NCBI RefSeq assembly: GCF_006345805.1
Contig: NC_043003.1
Coordinates: forward strand, 16,306,001 to 16,370,000
DNA length: 64,000 nucleotides
Reading direction: 5' to 3'
Source: Octopus sinensis
Lineage: Eukaryota
The notes beneath the pieces were generated by a model that was not told the origin of the DNA, made no database searches, and was given only the letters and a program-made list of their open reading frames with translations. The position numbers and the translations under genes were made by a program. Every line of letters begins with the position of its first letter. The stretch's first letter is position 1. Of the stretch, positions 26,335 to 38,651 are shown piece after piece.

Positions 26335-27150
26335 TATATAAACCCCAAAAGGATGAAAAGCAAGCTTGACTTTGAGCTCAGAACGTAGAGTCAGAATAAA
26401 TGTCGCGAGTTATCTTGCCCCGAGCGATTCCGCCGGCTCGCAACCTTTTAAATTTAGCATTAACTATAAACTTCCATTTCACGAATTAACAAAGGAGCGT
26501 CAACGTAGTTGCCAGACCTGCTAGAAATAGCAGCCGTATATACTTTTCTACCCTAAGTACAAGGCCCGAAATTTTGAGGGCGGGGGCCAGTCGATTAGAT
26601 CGACTCCAGTACACAACTGGTACTTATTTAATCGACCCCGAAAGGATGAAAGGCAAAGTCGACCTCGGCGGAATTTGAACTCAGAACGTGGTGGTCCGAG
26701 AAGAGGGGAAGAAGGAGGGAACCCACCGGCTGTTGCAGGCGGCACTCACACTTGCTAAGTCACTGAGAAGATTAATGTTTTAGATAGGAAAAAAAAAAAG
26801 AAGAAGAAACTAAACAAAAAAACAAAATTTAATTTCCACTCATAAATCGACACCCGTTGTTTTACGTATATATGACATGCGCCCAGACGCATTTAAAGAT
26901 TGATTGCTTTTCATCGAAGACGTCTCAAACTGTGATTTTTTGCGGCGCCATAACCGATATGCCGTTCAACTATGTAGCATTTTCTGACCTACAACGAGTG
27001 AATTGTTCAAGGGTTTGAGCGTTTTCTCCATACAATGTCTATATTTGCTGTCATGTTTTAGAATATTTCTAAAAAATAATATCTCGAATACTTGAGATAT
27101 TATATTATATATGACACACAACATGAGTAAGTAATAAGTGTGGCCGATCA

Positions 27151-27188
<38 letters not shown>

Positions 27189-27479
27189 TTTCCTTTCCCT
27201 TTTTTTCCTCACCCCCCTTGTTTAAAGTTTATTTTATCCCCCCCTTTTTTGTCCTCTTTCTTTCCATTTACGATCCCTTTTGATAGAAAACCAAACCCCC
27301 TTCTTTTACGCCCAAAAGAAAAGCTCTACCTTGTAATTTTGTCATGTCTGTGTGCAGCCCTGTGTGGCTAATAAAGAAACATATCTATCTATCTATCTTA
27401 TCTTTACAGGCAAAGGTTGACAGTGGGCCATCTACCTGTCTATCAGTCTATAATTCTGTATATATATATATACATATAT

Positions 27480-27832
27480 ATCAAATGTGAGGATAAAATT
27501 GTTTTCCAAAAAAAATATTTTCTCGAAAAAATCTTTATCAATGTCCAGCATATTAAAAAATACCTTTAACGGTTAAATTTATAAACAATTCATAAATGAG
27601 GGCAAACGAAAAACATTCTAATGCCAAATATGCCGAAAAGTTGGTCATATTGTCCATTAACCATATAATTTTTTCACAATACGCCCGCTACTCGAAAAAA
27701 GGCCGACAGAAATTTCTAAAAAATTCCATTATTACCATATCGGCCCGATTTCAGAGTTAGCTACTAAGAGCCCTCTCTTCGTCAGTGATACATGTGGCAA
27801 AAGAAATAAATGAGATATTTACTCATACCCGA
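27480..27832 (-). mobile_element. Penelope-like terminal-repeat fragment, present in all five units
   Basis: ~350-bp block between two (TA)n tracts, containing a hammerhead motif; class inferred. Confidence 0.5.
27733..27790 (-). ncRNA. Type I hammerhead ribozyme motif, unit 1
   Basis: UAUCA CUGACGA AGAG-AG-GGCU-CUUAGU-AGCU-AA-CUCU GAA AUCGG-G-CCGAU A / UGGUA; all three helices close by eye; predicted cleavage after AUA (27738|27737). Confidence 0.75.
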
Positions 27833-27852
27833 TATATAATATATATATATAC

Positions 27853-28238
27853 ATTCTTTTATTTGTTTCAGTCATTTGACTGCGGTTATGCTGGAGCACC
27901 GCCTTTAGTCGAACGAACAAATCAGCCCCAGAACTTATTCTTCTAATCCTAGTACTTATTCTATCTCTAAGTTACGGAGAAGTAAACACACCAGCATCGG
28001 TTGTCAAGCGACGGTGGTGGTGGGGACAAACACGGACACACAAACACACACTCACATATATATATACATATATCCGACAGGCTTCCTTTAGTTTCCGTCT
28101 ACCAAATCCACTCACAAGGCTTTGGTCGACCCGAGACTATAGTAGAAGACACTATATGCCCAAGGTGCCACGTAGTGGAACTGAACCCGGAACCATGTGG
28201 GTGGTAAGCAAGATACCACACAGCCACGTCTGCGCCTA
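27853..28238 (-). mobile_element. Family A SINE directly upstream of the ribozyme on the minus strand, in all units
   Basis: A/B-box head at the right end, CR1-type tail at the left end. Confidence 0.85.
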
Positions 28239-28479
28239 CATACATACATACATACATACATGCATGCATGCATGCACGCACGCACGCACGCACGCATACA
28301 TACATACATACATACATACATACATACATACATACATACATACATACATACATACATACATACATAATACATACATAATACATACTACATACATACAACT
28401 ACATACATACATACATACATACATACATACATACATACATACATACATACATACATACATACATACATACATACATACA

Positions 28480-28510
<31 letters not shown>
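28239..28510. repeat. (TACA)n microsatellite with a (TGCA)n island, in all units
   Basis: Direct inspection. Confidence 0.95.
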
Positions 28511-29006
28511 GCTAACGATTCTGCCAGCTCACCGCCTTTATTCCTTTCTATACTAGGCACAAGATCCGAAACTTTTGGTCGACCCAGAACGCAACAGGTA
28601 CTTAATTTATCGACCCCGGAAGGATGAAAGGCAAAGTGGACTTTGGCGAATTTGAACTCAGAACGTAAAAACAAACGAAATACCGATAAGCATTTCGTCC
28701 GGCGTACTAACGGTTCTGCCAGCTCGCCGCCATAGCAGCAACATATAATTTAAAATGATGCTAAGAGTATGCTAAATATTGCACGATACCTGGGAACAAC
28801 AGACAGGATGATTTTGAATGGTGCACTTTTGATAATAAGACTACTCAACGAAGGGCTATCTGTGGTTAAACAACACCAATAACAAAAGTAATATCATTCA
28901 TTTATGGGATTAAATATTTGGGTGATTATATCCCAATAAACTGGTGACTTCGACGTTGCCAGATAACATCTTTGGTTGTCTAATCAATAAACAAATTATT
29001 ATATAA

Positions 29007-29262
29007 CTAGCTGGCCCCGTGCCGTCAAAAATGACGGATAATTGTAGTATTCTATATGTAAATATGGATGGTAAATCAAATTAATACACTCGTCAATGTT
29101 CACATACATTCAGATACACACATATACTCACACAGAGCTGAAACGCCGTTTGATTTTTCTTTCCAGCGTTGAATGTCCACCATCCCACAAGTTTGCCATC
29201 ATCCCTTACTTCCTTATTTATATGCTGTGACGGAGAAAAACGCAAGAGTATTATATACTAGA
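29007..29262 (-). mobile_element. Non-autonomous Helitron, ~256 bp; also at 33174-33430, 40113-40370, 46077-46328, 49953-50207
   Basis: Minus strand: A|TC start, CCGTCA-TTTT-TGACGG hairpin 11 nt before the terminal CTAG|T. Confidence 0.75.
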
Positions 29263-29989
29263 TTCTGTCTACTGTAGGCAGAAAGTCGGTTTTATCGATC
29301 CCAGTGCGTTTCTGGTATATATTTTATAGACCACGGGAAAGTGGAAGTCAAATTCAACTTCGGTAGCATTTGAACTCAGAACGTAAAGAACCTGAAGAGA
29401 TGCTGCTAAATATTTTGTCCGACGTGCTAACGATTCTGCCATGTCGCCGCCTTTAACAAATTGGTTTCAAGTTTTGGCACAAGGCCAGCAAATTTCGGGG
29501 GAGGGGTAAGTCGATTATGTCGACCCCAGTGTTTCACTAGTACTTGATTTATCGGCCCCGAAAGGATGAAGAAAGACAAACTCAATCTCGGCAGTATTTG
29601 AACTCAAGATTACGTGAACAATGTTTTCGAATAATTGTTGTTCGAAAACAATTATTCGAAAACCATTATTCGAATGGAGAATTGTATGAATTAAAATTAT
29701 TCAAAAGGGCAATTATACGAAATGCAGTGGGACTGAACCCGGAACCATGTGGTTCGTAAGCAATTTCTTACGAACTCTTATTATATAGTAACTGCGAGTT
29801 AGCAGAATCGTTAGCGCGTCGGACAAAATGCTTAGTTGTGTTTCTTCCGGATCTTTACGTTCTGAGCTCCGTTTCATGAAAATTATTCGAAAACAATTAT
29901 TGGAAAAACAGTTATTCGAAATAAATACCATTCGTGTACTTCAGTTTTAGTTTTATCATTTTGATTTAAATAAAATAATAACGTATCTC

Positions 29990-30391
29990 CTTTACTTGTT
30001 TCAGTCATTTGACTGCGGCAATGCTGGAGCACCGCCTTTTAGTCGAGCAACTCGACCCCGGGACTTATTCTTTTTGTAAGCCCAGTACTTATTCTATCGG
30101 TCTCTTTTTGCCGAACCGCTAAGTTACGGGGACGTAAACACACCAGCATCGGTTGTCAAGCAATGCTAGGGGAACAAAGACAGACCCCAAACACACACAC
30201 AAACATATATATATTTACATATATACGACAGGCTTCTTTCAGTTTCCGTCTACCAAATCCACTCACAAGGCATTGGTCGGCCCGGGGCTATAGCAGAAGA
30301 CACTTGCCCAAGATGCCACGCAGTGGGACTGAACCCAGAACCATGTGGTTGGTTAGCAAGCTACTTACCACACAGCCACTCCTGCGCCTAT
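29990..30391 (-). mobile_element. Family A SINE terminating each array unit
   Basis: Full head-to-tail copy; equivalents end at 34555, 41497, 47456 and 51331. Confidence 0.88.
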
Positions 30392-31201
30392 TATATAAAC
30401 CCCAAAAGGATGAAAAGCAAGCTTGACTTTGAGCTCAGAACGTAGAGTCAGAATAAATGTCGCGAGTTATCTTGCCCCGAGCGATTCCGCCGGCTCGCAA
30501 CCTTTTAAATTTAGTATTAACTATAAACTTCCATTTCACGAATTAACAAAGGAGCGTCAACGTAGTTGCCAGACCTGCTAGAAATAGCAGCCGTATATAC
30601 TTTTCTACTCTAGGTACAAGGCCCGAAATTTTGGGGGCGGGGGCCAGTCGATTAGATCGACTCCAGTACACAACTGGTACTTATTTAATCGACACCGAAA
30701 GGATGAAAGGCAAAGTCGACCTCGGCGGAATTTGAACTCAGAACGTGGTGATCCGAGAAGAGGGGAAGAAGGAGGGAACCCACCGGCTGTTGCAGGCGGC
30801 ACTCACTCTTGCTAAGTCACTGAGAAGATTTAATGTTTTAGATAGGAAAAAAAAGAAGAAAGCTAAACAAAACAAAACAAAATTTCATTTCCACTCATAA
30901 ATCCACACCCGTTGTTTTACGTAAATATGACATGCGCCCAGACGCATTTAAAGATTGATTGCTTTCCATCGAAGACGTCTCAAGCTGTGGTTTTTTGCGA
31001 CGCCATAACCGATATGCCGTTCAACTATGTAGCATTTTCTGACCTACAACGAGTGAATTGTTCAAGGGTTTGAGCGTTTTCTCCGTACAATGTCTATATT
31101 TGCTGTCATGTTTTAGAATATTTCTAAAAAATAATATCTCGAATACTTGAGATGTTATATTATATATGACACACAACATGAGTAAGTAATAAGTGTGGCC
31201 G

Positions 31202-31310
<109 letters not shown>

Positions 31311-31574
31311 TTTCCTTTCCCTTTTTTCCCTCACCCCCCTTGTTTAAAGTTTATTTTATCCCCCCCTTTTTTGTCCTCTTCTTTCCATTTACGACTTTGA
31401 TAGACAACCAAACCCTCTTCTTTTACCCTCAAAAGAAAAGCTCTACCTTGTAATTTTGTCATGTCTGTGTGCAGCCCTGTGTGGCTAATAAAGAAACATA
31501 TCTATCTATCTATCTTTTCTTTACAGGCAAAGGTTGACAGTGGGCCATCTACCTGTCTATCAGTCTATAATTCA

Positions 31575-31628
<54 letters not shown>

Positions 31629-31877
31629 AATGTGAGGATAAAATTATTTTCCAAAAAAAATATTTTCTCGAAAAAATCTTTATCAATGTCCAGCATATTA
31701 AAAAATACCTTTAACGGTTAAATTTATAAACAATTCATAAATGAGGGCAAACGAAAAAAATTCTAATGCCAAATATGCCGAAAAATTGGACATATTGTCC
31801 ATTAACCATATAATTTTTTCACAATACGCCCGCTACTCGAAAAAAGGCCGACAGAAATTTCTAAAAAATTCCATTAT

Positions 31878-31935
31878 TACCATATCGGACCGATTTCAGA
31901 GTTAGCTAGTAAGAGCCCTCTCTTCGTCAGTGATA
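31878..31935 (-). ncRNA. Type I hammerhead ribozyme motif, unit 2
   Basis: As unit 1, with changes only in loop II (CUUACU) and the helix III centre (U). Confidence 0.75.
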
Positions 31936-31974
31936 CATGTGGCAAAAGAAATAAATGAGATACTTACTCATACC

Positions 31975-32020
<46 letters not shown>

Positions 32021-32518
32021 TCTTTTATTTGTTTCAGTCATTTGACTGCGGTTATGCTGGAGCACCGCCTTTAGTCGAACAAATCAGCCCCAGAACTTAT
32101 TCTTTCTAATCCTAGTACTTATTCTATCTCTTAGTTACGGAGAAGTAAACACACCAGCATCGGTTGTCAAGCGACGGTGGTGGTGGGGACAAACACAGAC
32201 ACACAAACACACACTCACATATATATATACATATATCCGACAGGCTTCTTTTAGTTTCCGTCTACCAAATCCACTCACAAGGCTTTGGTCGACCCGAGAC
32301 TATAGTAGAAGACACTATATGCCCAAGGTGCCACGTAGTGGAACTGAACCCGGAACCATGTGGGTGGTAAGCAAGATACCACACAGCCACGTCTGCGCCT
32401 ACACACATACATGCATGCATGCATGCATGCAACATACATAATAATACATACATACATACATACATACATACATACAACATACATAATACATACATACATA
32501 CATACATACATACATACA

Positions 32519-32550
<32 letters not shown>

Positions 32551-35365
32551 CATACATACATACATACATACATACATACATACATACATACAACATACAT
32601 ACATACATACATACATACATACATACAACATACATACATACATACATACTACATACATACATACATACATACATATGCTAACGATTCTGCCAGCTCACCG
32701 CCTTTATTCTTTTCTATACTAGGCACAAGATCCGAAACTTTTGGTCGACCCAGAACGCAACAGGTACTTAATTTATCGACCCCGGAAGGATGAAAGGCAA
32801 AGTCGACTTCGGCGAAATTTGAACTCAGAACGTAAAAACAGACGAAATACCGATAAGCATTTCGTCCGGCGTACTAACGGTTCTGCCAGCTCGCCGCCAT
32901 AGCAGCAACATATAATTTAAAATGATGCTAAGAGTATGCTAAATATTGCACGATACCTGGGAACAACAGACAGGATGATTTTGAATGGTGCACTTTTGAT
33001 AATAAGACTACTCAACGAAGGGCTATCTCTGGTTAAACAACACCAATAACAAAAGCAACATCATTCATTTATGGGATTAAATATTTGGGTGATTATATCC
33101 CAATAAACTGGTGACTTCGACGTTGCCAGATAACATCTTTGGTTGTCTAATCAATAAACAAATTATTATATAACTAGCTGGCCCCGTGCCGTCAAAAATG
33201 ACGGATAATTGTAGTATTCTATATGTAAATATGGATGGTAAATCAAATTAATACACTCGTCAATGTTCACATACATTCAGATACACACATATACTCACAC
33301 AGAGCTGAAACGCCGTTTGATTTTTCTTTCCAGCGTTGAATGTCCACCATCCCACAAGTTTGCCATCATCCCTTCCTTCCTTATTTATATGCTGTGACGG
33401 AGAAAAACGCAAGAGTATTATTATACTAGATTCTGTCTACTGTAGGCAGAAAGTCGGTTTTATCGATCCCAGTGCGTTTCTGGTATATATTTTATAGACC
33501 ACGGGAAAGTGGAAGTCAAATTCAAATTCGGTAGCATTTGAACTCAGAACGTAAAGAACCTGAAGAGATGCTGCTAAACATTTTGTCCGATGTGCTAACG
33601 ATTCTGCCATGTCGCCGCCTTTAACAAATTGGTTTCAAGTTTTGGCACAAGGCCAGCAAATTTCGGGGGAGGGGTAAGTCGATTATGTCGACCCCAGTGT
33701 TTCACTAGTACTTGATTTATCGGCCCCGAAAGGATGAAAGACAAACTCAATCTCGGCAGTATTTGAACTCAAGATTACGTGAACAATGTTTTCGAATAAT
33801 TGTTCGAAAACAATTATTCGAAAACCATTTATTCGAATGGAGAATTGTATGAATTAAAATTATTCAAAAGGGCAATTATACGAAATGCAGTGGGACTGAA
33901 CCCGGAACCATGTGGTTCGTAAGCAATTTCTTACGAACTCTTATTATATAGTAACTGCGAGTTAGCAGAATCGTTAGCGCGTCGGACAAAATGCTTAGTT
34001 GTGTTTCTTCCGGATCTTTACGTTCTGAGCTCCGTTTCATGAAAATTATTCGAAAACAATTATTGGAAAAACAGTTATTCGAAATAAATACCATTCGTGT
34101 ACTTCAGTTTTAGTTTTATCATTTTGATTTAAATAAAATTAATAACGTATCTCCTTTACTTGTTTCAGTCATTTGACTGCGGCAATGCTGGAGCACCGCC
34201 TTTTAGTCGAGCAACTCGACCCCGGGACTTATTCTTTTTGTAAGCCCAGTACTTATTCTATCGGTCTCTTTTTGCCGAACCGCTAAGTTACGGGGACGTA
34301 AACACACCAGCATCGGTTGTCAAGCAATGCTAGGGGAACAAAGACAGACCCCAAACACACACACAAACATATATATATTTACATATATACGACAGGCTTC
34401 TTTCAGTTTCCGTCTACCAAATCCACTCACAAGGCATTGGTCGGCCCGGGGCTATAGCAGAAGACACTTGCCCAAGATGTCACGCAGTGGCACTGAACTA
34501 AGAACCATGTGGTTGGTTAGCAAGCTACTTACCACACAGCCACTCCTGCGCCTATTATATAAACCCCAAAAGGATGAAAAGCAAGCTTGACTTTGAGCTC
34601 AGAACGTAGAGTCAGAATAAATGTCGCGAGTTATCTTGCCCCGAGCGATTCCGCCGGCTCGCAACCTTTTAAATTTAGTATTAACTATAAACTTCCATTT
34701 CACGAATTAACAAAGGAGCGTCAACGTAGTTGCCAGACCTGCTAGAAATAGCAGCCGTATATACTTTTCTACTCTAGGTACAAGGCCCGAAATTTTGGGG
34801 GCGGGGGCCAGTCGATTAGATCGACTCCAGTACACAACTGGTACTTATTTAATCGACCCCGAAAGGATGAAAGGCAAAGTCGACCTCGGCGGTATTTGAA
34901 CTCAGAACGTGGTGGTCCGAGAAGAGGGGAAGAAGGAGGGAACCCACCGGCTGTTGCAGGCGGCACTCACACTTGCTAAGTCACTGAGAAGATTTAATGT
35001 TTTAGATAGGAAAAAAAAGAAGAAAGCTAAACAAAACAAAACAAAATTTAATTTCCACTCATAAATCCACACCCGTTGTTTTACGTAAATATGACATGCG
35101 CCCAGACGCATTTAAAGATTGATTGCTTTTCATCGAAGACGTCTCAAGCTGTGATTTTTTGCGACGCCATAACCGATATGCCGTTCAACTATGTAGCATT
35201 TTCTGACCTACAACGAGTGAATTGTTCAAGGGTTTGAGCGTTTTCTCCGTAAAATGTCTATATTTGCTGTCATGTTTTAGAATATTTCTAAAAAATAATA
35301 TCTCGAATACTTGAGATATTATATTATATATGACACACAACATGAGTAAGTAATAAGTGTGGCCG

Positions 35366-35443
<78 letters not shown>

Positions 35444-35706
35444 TTTCCTTTCCCTTTTTTCCCTCCCCCCTTGTTTAAAGTTTATTTTATCCCCCCCCTT
35501 TTTTGTCCTCTTTCTTTCCATTTACGATCCCTTTTGATAGAAAACCAAACCCCCTTCTTTTAGTCTCAAAAGAAAAGCTCTACCTTGTAATTTTGTCATG
35601 TCTGTGTGCAGCCCTGTGTGGCTAATAAAGAAACACATCTATCTATCTATCTTATCTTTACAGGCAAAGGTTGACAGTGGGTCATCTACCTGTCTATCAG
35701 TCTATA

Positions 35707-35760
<54 letters not shown>

Positions 35761-35877
35761 TATCAAATGTGAGGATAAAATTGTTTTCGAAAAAAAATAT
35801 TTTCTCGAAAAAATCTTTATCAATGTCCAGCATATTAAAAAATACCTTTAACGGTTAAATTTATAAACAATTCATAA

Positions 35878-38361
35878 ATGAGGGCAAAGGAAAAAAATTC
35901 TAATGCCAACCCTGACAGGGAGGCAGTGGAATCGCTTCTTGACTTCATTGATGACTTCTTCTTGTCCCAACTGTTACTCGAACCAACGAGATGTCACAAA
36001 AACGTCTTAGACTTAATTTTCAGCAATCACACTGATACTATCCACAATGTTGCAGTGGAGAAAACCCTACTCTCCGACCATGACATGGTTCTCTGTGATC
36101 TGAGATTCCACTGGCCAAAATACAAAACAAATGTCATCCCTCCTGTTCATCTATTTGACACTATGGATTTCCACAATGCAAACTGGGAAGCGATCAATAA
36201 TGATCTTGCACAAGTCGATTGGTCCTTCACGCACACATACACACCCACTAACATCAAAAAGTCCTGGCAGTCACTTGTAGACACCATCACGAACATATGT
36301 GCAAGACACACCCCATTAAGATCTGCAAACAAATCTAAGTGTCGAATCCCTAGAAATAGAAAATCTCTCATAAGGAAAATTAAAAGAATCAACAAAAAGA
36401 TCAACATGCTGAAATACTGTCAACAGCAACACACCAACCTGACTGCCATCTCGTCGCTAGAGATTAAAAAACATAAACTCCAAAACAACATGATGTCTAT
36501 CATCAATAGTCAGCGAAGAGCTGAAGAGGCCTGGGCCATTGAGAAGATCAAACTCAATCCCAAAGTGTTCTTTTCATTTGCAAAAAAACACAGAGTCACT
36601 GGTTCTACTGTTGGCCCTCTGATTGATGAAAATGGTACTCTTCAAGACAATGCCAAAACCATGGAAGAGATATTGCAGAAACAATATTGCTCTGTTTTCA
36701 GCAATCCTGATATGACTGATCTGGGCTGTATCAGTGATGTTACTCCCCAATACACTTTATCGGACATAACATTTGGCGCTCCTGATGTCTTAGCAGCAAT
36801 AAAGGAAATGAAGCATAATTCAGCAGTAGGTCCCGATAGGTTCCCTGCTTGTGTCTTGAAGATGTGTCAAAACCAACTTGCACCCCCTCTAGCCAATCTG
36901 TGGCGGAACTCACTGGATGCTGGATATATACCAGAAGACCTTCTATCCCAGTCTGTTGTCCTAGTTTTCAAAAAAGGAAACAAATCGCTTGCCGTGAATT
37001 ACCGTCCAATCTCACTCACCTCTCATATCATCAAGGTATTTGAGAGGGTGCTGAGATCGCGTATGACTCACTTCCTTGAGAGTCATAATATGCTGAACCC
37101 CAACCAGCATGGATTCCGTAATGGGAGAGATTGCCTGACGCAGCTACTGCATCATTTTGATGACATTTTGAGAGCCTTGGGAGAAGGTTCCAACACTGAT
37201 GTCATCTACCTTGATTTCAGCAAGGCCTTTGACAGGGTTGATCATAAGATCCTTCTGAGAAAGCTGTCCAATATTGGTGTCACTGGAAAGCTGCTGCAAT
37301 GGATCAAGTGCTTCCTGTCTAACAGAACCCAACATGTTGTAGTCGAAGGAGTCAAATCCAGCCCAGCCAAAGACAGCAGTGGTGTCCCACAAGGCACTGT
37401 GTTGGGCCCACTTCTCTTCATCATCTACATAAATGATATTACTGACACCATCAAACACAGTAACATCAGAACCTTCGCTGATGATTCCAAGCTCCAGAAG
37501 GTCATCAATGGCGTGGATGACCGAATAAACCTTCAGTCAGACCTACTGGCTGTTGTCCAATGGGCGGAAAAGAATAACATGTTGCTAAATGAAGACAAAT
37601 TCGAACTGATCCACTTTGGAAGGGAGGACGCTCTGAAACTCCCATACTCTCTTCCTTCTGGAGAAATTCTCATGGCATCCAACAACATCAGAGACCTGGG
37701 AGTAACAGTGGACAACAACATAAGCTGGGCTACACATATAAGCAGCAAAGTTTACATGGCCCGCAGAATGTGTTCCTGGATTCTCAGAACCTTCCAGTCG
37801 AGAGATTCCCACGCTATTATCCATCTCTTCTCCACTTTTGCCCGACCCCACCTTGAATACTGCTGTCCACTGTTGTCTCCCTACACAAAACAAAATATTA
37901 TGAGAATTGAAGCTCCCCAAATGTCAATCACAAAAAAGATAGATGGCATGTCAGAGCTTGACTACTGGGGTAGACTAGAGAAGCTGAAATTGTATTCACT
38001 CCAACGACGCCGTGAACGCTACATTATCTGTATGATGTGGAAAATATTCCATCAGCACTGTCCGAATGATGTTGGCATCACCTTCAAAATGCATCCAAGG
38101 CTTGGACCACGTGCCATCCGTCCACAACAAAAATCTAAATCGCATCACATAACGACAATACGGCACAACTACTTCACCTCAATTGGACCCGCTCTCTTCA
38201 ACATTACACCAGGACACGTCAAAAAAGAAACTGACCACACAAAATTCAAGAAGTCTTTGGACAAATTCCTTCAAACAGTACCGGACAAACCACCCACACC
38301 CGGATATGTCTCCGCAAACAATAACTCTCTGCTCGAATGGGCCTTGGTGCCCAAATCCTGA
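35878..38361 (+). CDS. 827-aa LINE ORF2 fragment: C-terminal endonuclease remnant plus complete reverse transcriptase; start codon lies in the host flank
   Basis: EPTR..NVLDLIFSN..SDHDMV (APE C-terminus), NYRPISLTS, QHGFR, YLDFSKAFDRV, GVPQGTVLGPLLF, FADD, LYSLQRRRERY; no stop codons. Confidence 0.85.
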   Translation: MRAKEKNSNANPDREAVESLLDFIDDFFLSQLLLEPTRCHKNVLDLIFSNHTDTIHNVAVEKTLLSDHDMVLCDLRFHWPKYKTNVIPPVHLFDTMDFHNANWEAINNDLAQVDWSFTHTYTPTNIKKSWQSLVDTITNICARHTPLRSANKSKCRIPRNRKSLIRKIKRINKKINMLKYCQQQHTNLTAISSLEIKKHKLQNNMMSIINSQRRAEEAWAIEKIKLNPKVFFSFAKKHRVTGSTVGPLIDENGTLQDNAKTMEEILQKQYCSVFSNPDMTDLGCISDVTPQYTLSDITFGAPDVLAAIKEMKHNSAVGPDRFPACVLKMCQNQLAPPLANLWRNSLDAGYIPEDLLSQSVVLVFKKGNKSLAVNYRPISLTSHIIKVFERVLRSRMTHFLESHNMLNPNQHGFRNGRDCLTQLLHHFDDILRALGEGSNTDVIYLDFSKAFDRVDHKILLRKLSNIGVTGKLLQWIKCFLSNRTQHVVVEGVKSSPAKDSSGVPQGTVLGPLLFIIYINDITDTIKHSNIRTFADDSKLQKVINGVDDRINLQSDLLAVVQWAEKNNMLLNEDKFELIHFGREDALKLPYSLPSGEILMASNNIRDLGVTVDNNISWATHISSKVYMARRMCSWILRTFQSRDSHAIIHLFSTFARPHLEYCCPLLSPYTKQNIMRIEAPQMSITKKIDGMSELDYWGRLEKLKLYSLQRRRERYIICMMWKIFHQHCPNDVGITFKMHPRLGPRAIRPQQKSKSHHITTIRHNYFTSIGPALFNITPGHVKKETDHTKFKKSLDKFLQTVPDKPPTPGYVSANNNSLLEWALVPKS

Positions 38362-38443
38362 ACTGAAAGACTTCGCCAGGTGGTGCTATTAAGTTAGACA
38401 TGGCCTGGGCCAATACTGGCCAAAAACCTTTCTAAGTTATTCT
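35910..38443 (+). mobile_element. 5-prime-truncated CR1/L2-group LINE, 2534 bp, in unit 3
   Basis: Empty site CTAATGCC-AA-ATATGCCG visible in units 1, 2 and 5; at most a 2-bp (AA) duplication; short TTCTAAG/TTATTCT tail. Confidence 0.95.
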
Positions 38444-38548
38444 AAATATGCCGATAAATTGGACATATTGTCCATTAACCATATAACTTTTCACAATACG
38501 CCCGCTACTCGAAAAAAGGCCGACAGAATTTATAAAAAATTCCATTAT

Positions 38549-38606
38549 TACCATATCGGACCGATTTCAGAGTTAGCTACTAAGAGCCCTCTCTTCGTCA
38601 GTGATA
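38549..38606 (-). ncRNA. Type I hammerhead ribozyme motif, unit 3
   Basis: Core and helices intact; helix III centre is U. Confidence 0.75.
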
Positions 38607-38651
38607 CATGTGGCAAAAGAAATAAATGAGATACTTACTCATACCCGATAA

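Noticed and set aside
26870-27090. Candidate exon or 48-codon ORF in each array unit
   Set aside because: Stop codons in all plausible frames; conservation is explained by recent duplication; the minus strand weakly resembles a decayed mariner N-terminus (YGENA, RSEN)
27122-27828. 11-bp inverted repeat ATGAGTAAGTA / TACTTACTCAT in the units as transposon TIRs
   Set aside because: Short, AT-rich, imperfect in unit 1 and lacking a target duplication
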